From the NCBI GenBank assembly GCA_002104905.1, contig MCFE01000058.1:62001-126000 (forward strand): a stretch of DNA of 64,000 nt, in the 5' to 3' direction. Both the position numbers and the translations under genes were made by a program. The DNA comes from Basidiobolus meristosporus CBS 931.73. Lineage: Eukaryota; Fungi; Basidiobolomycota. Every line of letters starts with the position of its first letter. Positions within the stretch are counted from its first letter, which is position 1. The notes below the pieces were generated by a model. That model was not told where the DNA came from and did not search any database. It saw only the letters and a list, made by a program, of their open reading frames with translations. This document shows positions 63,510 to 64,000 of the stretch, in pieces.

Positions 63510-64000
63510 TGTTGTAAAAATTTGTATTTCCACCTAAATATTCACCTGACTTAGTCACTTAGATCAACACCTTCAAATCCAAGAGAAAACTGACCAAATT
63601 CCTTGTTGGGATTTACTTGGAATATTTTCACCAAAATACCAGGTACCCAGAACATGAAAATTATCAAAGTTGTCCAAACAGCCCCAAACTTTGCACACAT
63701 GCTCTTGGGACCTTCCTTAACCTATTCTACATGTTTGTAATGCCAAGACTAGGTAAAAGTATAAATATCACTTTTACATTCAATAAATCAATGAGTGAAA
63801 ACCACATAATCTACTTGTTCTCCCAATCACTTCCAATATCTCCAAGACTCTTACAACAGGTTATGAGCCCCAAGCTCTCACTCTCTGCAATGTCTACTAC
63901 TGCTATTACTGGAATTTTTCCCTCTGCTGAAAAGTTGGATGGATCAAACTACCAAGTGTGGAAGGTGAAGATGAAGATGCTGCTACAAGAAAGAGGCCTT
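63510..64000 (+). mobile_element. Start of a copia family A element (5' LTR 63510-63858, PBS 63859-63871, gag ATG 63890)
   Basis: LTR is near-identical to 61690-62038. GGTTATGAGCCCC PBS. MSTTAITGIFPSAEKLDGSNYQVWKVKMKMLLQERGL runs off the window. Confidence 0.96.

Noticed and set aside
15296-63858. Many recurring ~350-370 bp repeats as a CRISPR-like or satellite array
   Set aside because: They have TG..CA ends, PBS/PPT neighbours and TSDs, so they are LTRs. There is no repeat-spacer periodicity and no cas gene.

Overview
Eukaryotic, probably fungal, transposon graveyard with no intact host gene, RNA gene or CRISPR array. The sequence is roughly 38-40% GC by eye and strongly CpG-depleted. Nearly the whole window resolves into nested, mostly decayed mobile elements. 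(1) Two Ty1/copia families: A (348-349 bp LTRs) and B (369 bp LTRs), both with a GGTTATGAGCC half-tRNAiMet-type PBS. (2) Two Ty3/gypsy families: A (Ylt1-like, ~1.07 kb LTR, tRNA-Lys PBS, 4-bp TSD) and B (368-369 bp LTR, TGGTAGCAG PBS). (3) At least three copies of a CMC/CACTA-type DNA transposon that starts with CCCTR and carries an uncharacterised second gene head-to-head with the transposase. (4) A DDE_Tnp_4 (PIF/Harbinger/ISL2EU-like) transposase relic next to an F-box-like fragment. (5) A 211-bp MITE with an ATT TSD. Many junctions are fixed to the base by TSDs (GAATT, TATTC, GTTCT, AATAT, GCCCA/GCGCA, CCGC/CTGC, ATT). The most interesting structures are the two-gene CMC element, repeated antisense self-insertions that build kilobase-scale near-palindromes, and defective copia-B and gypsy-B copies that share identical inactivating lesions. 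I found no clear-cut novel host system. Family names A and B are my own labels. All identity values are by-eye estimates and no database search was run.
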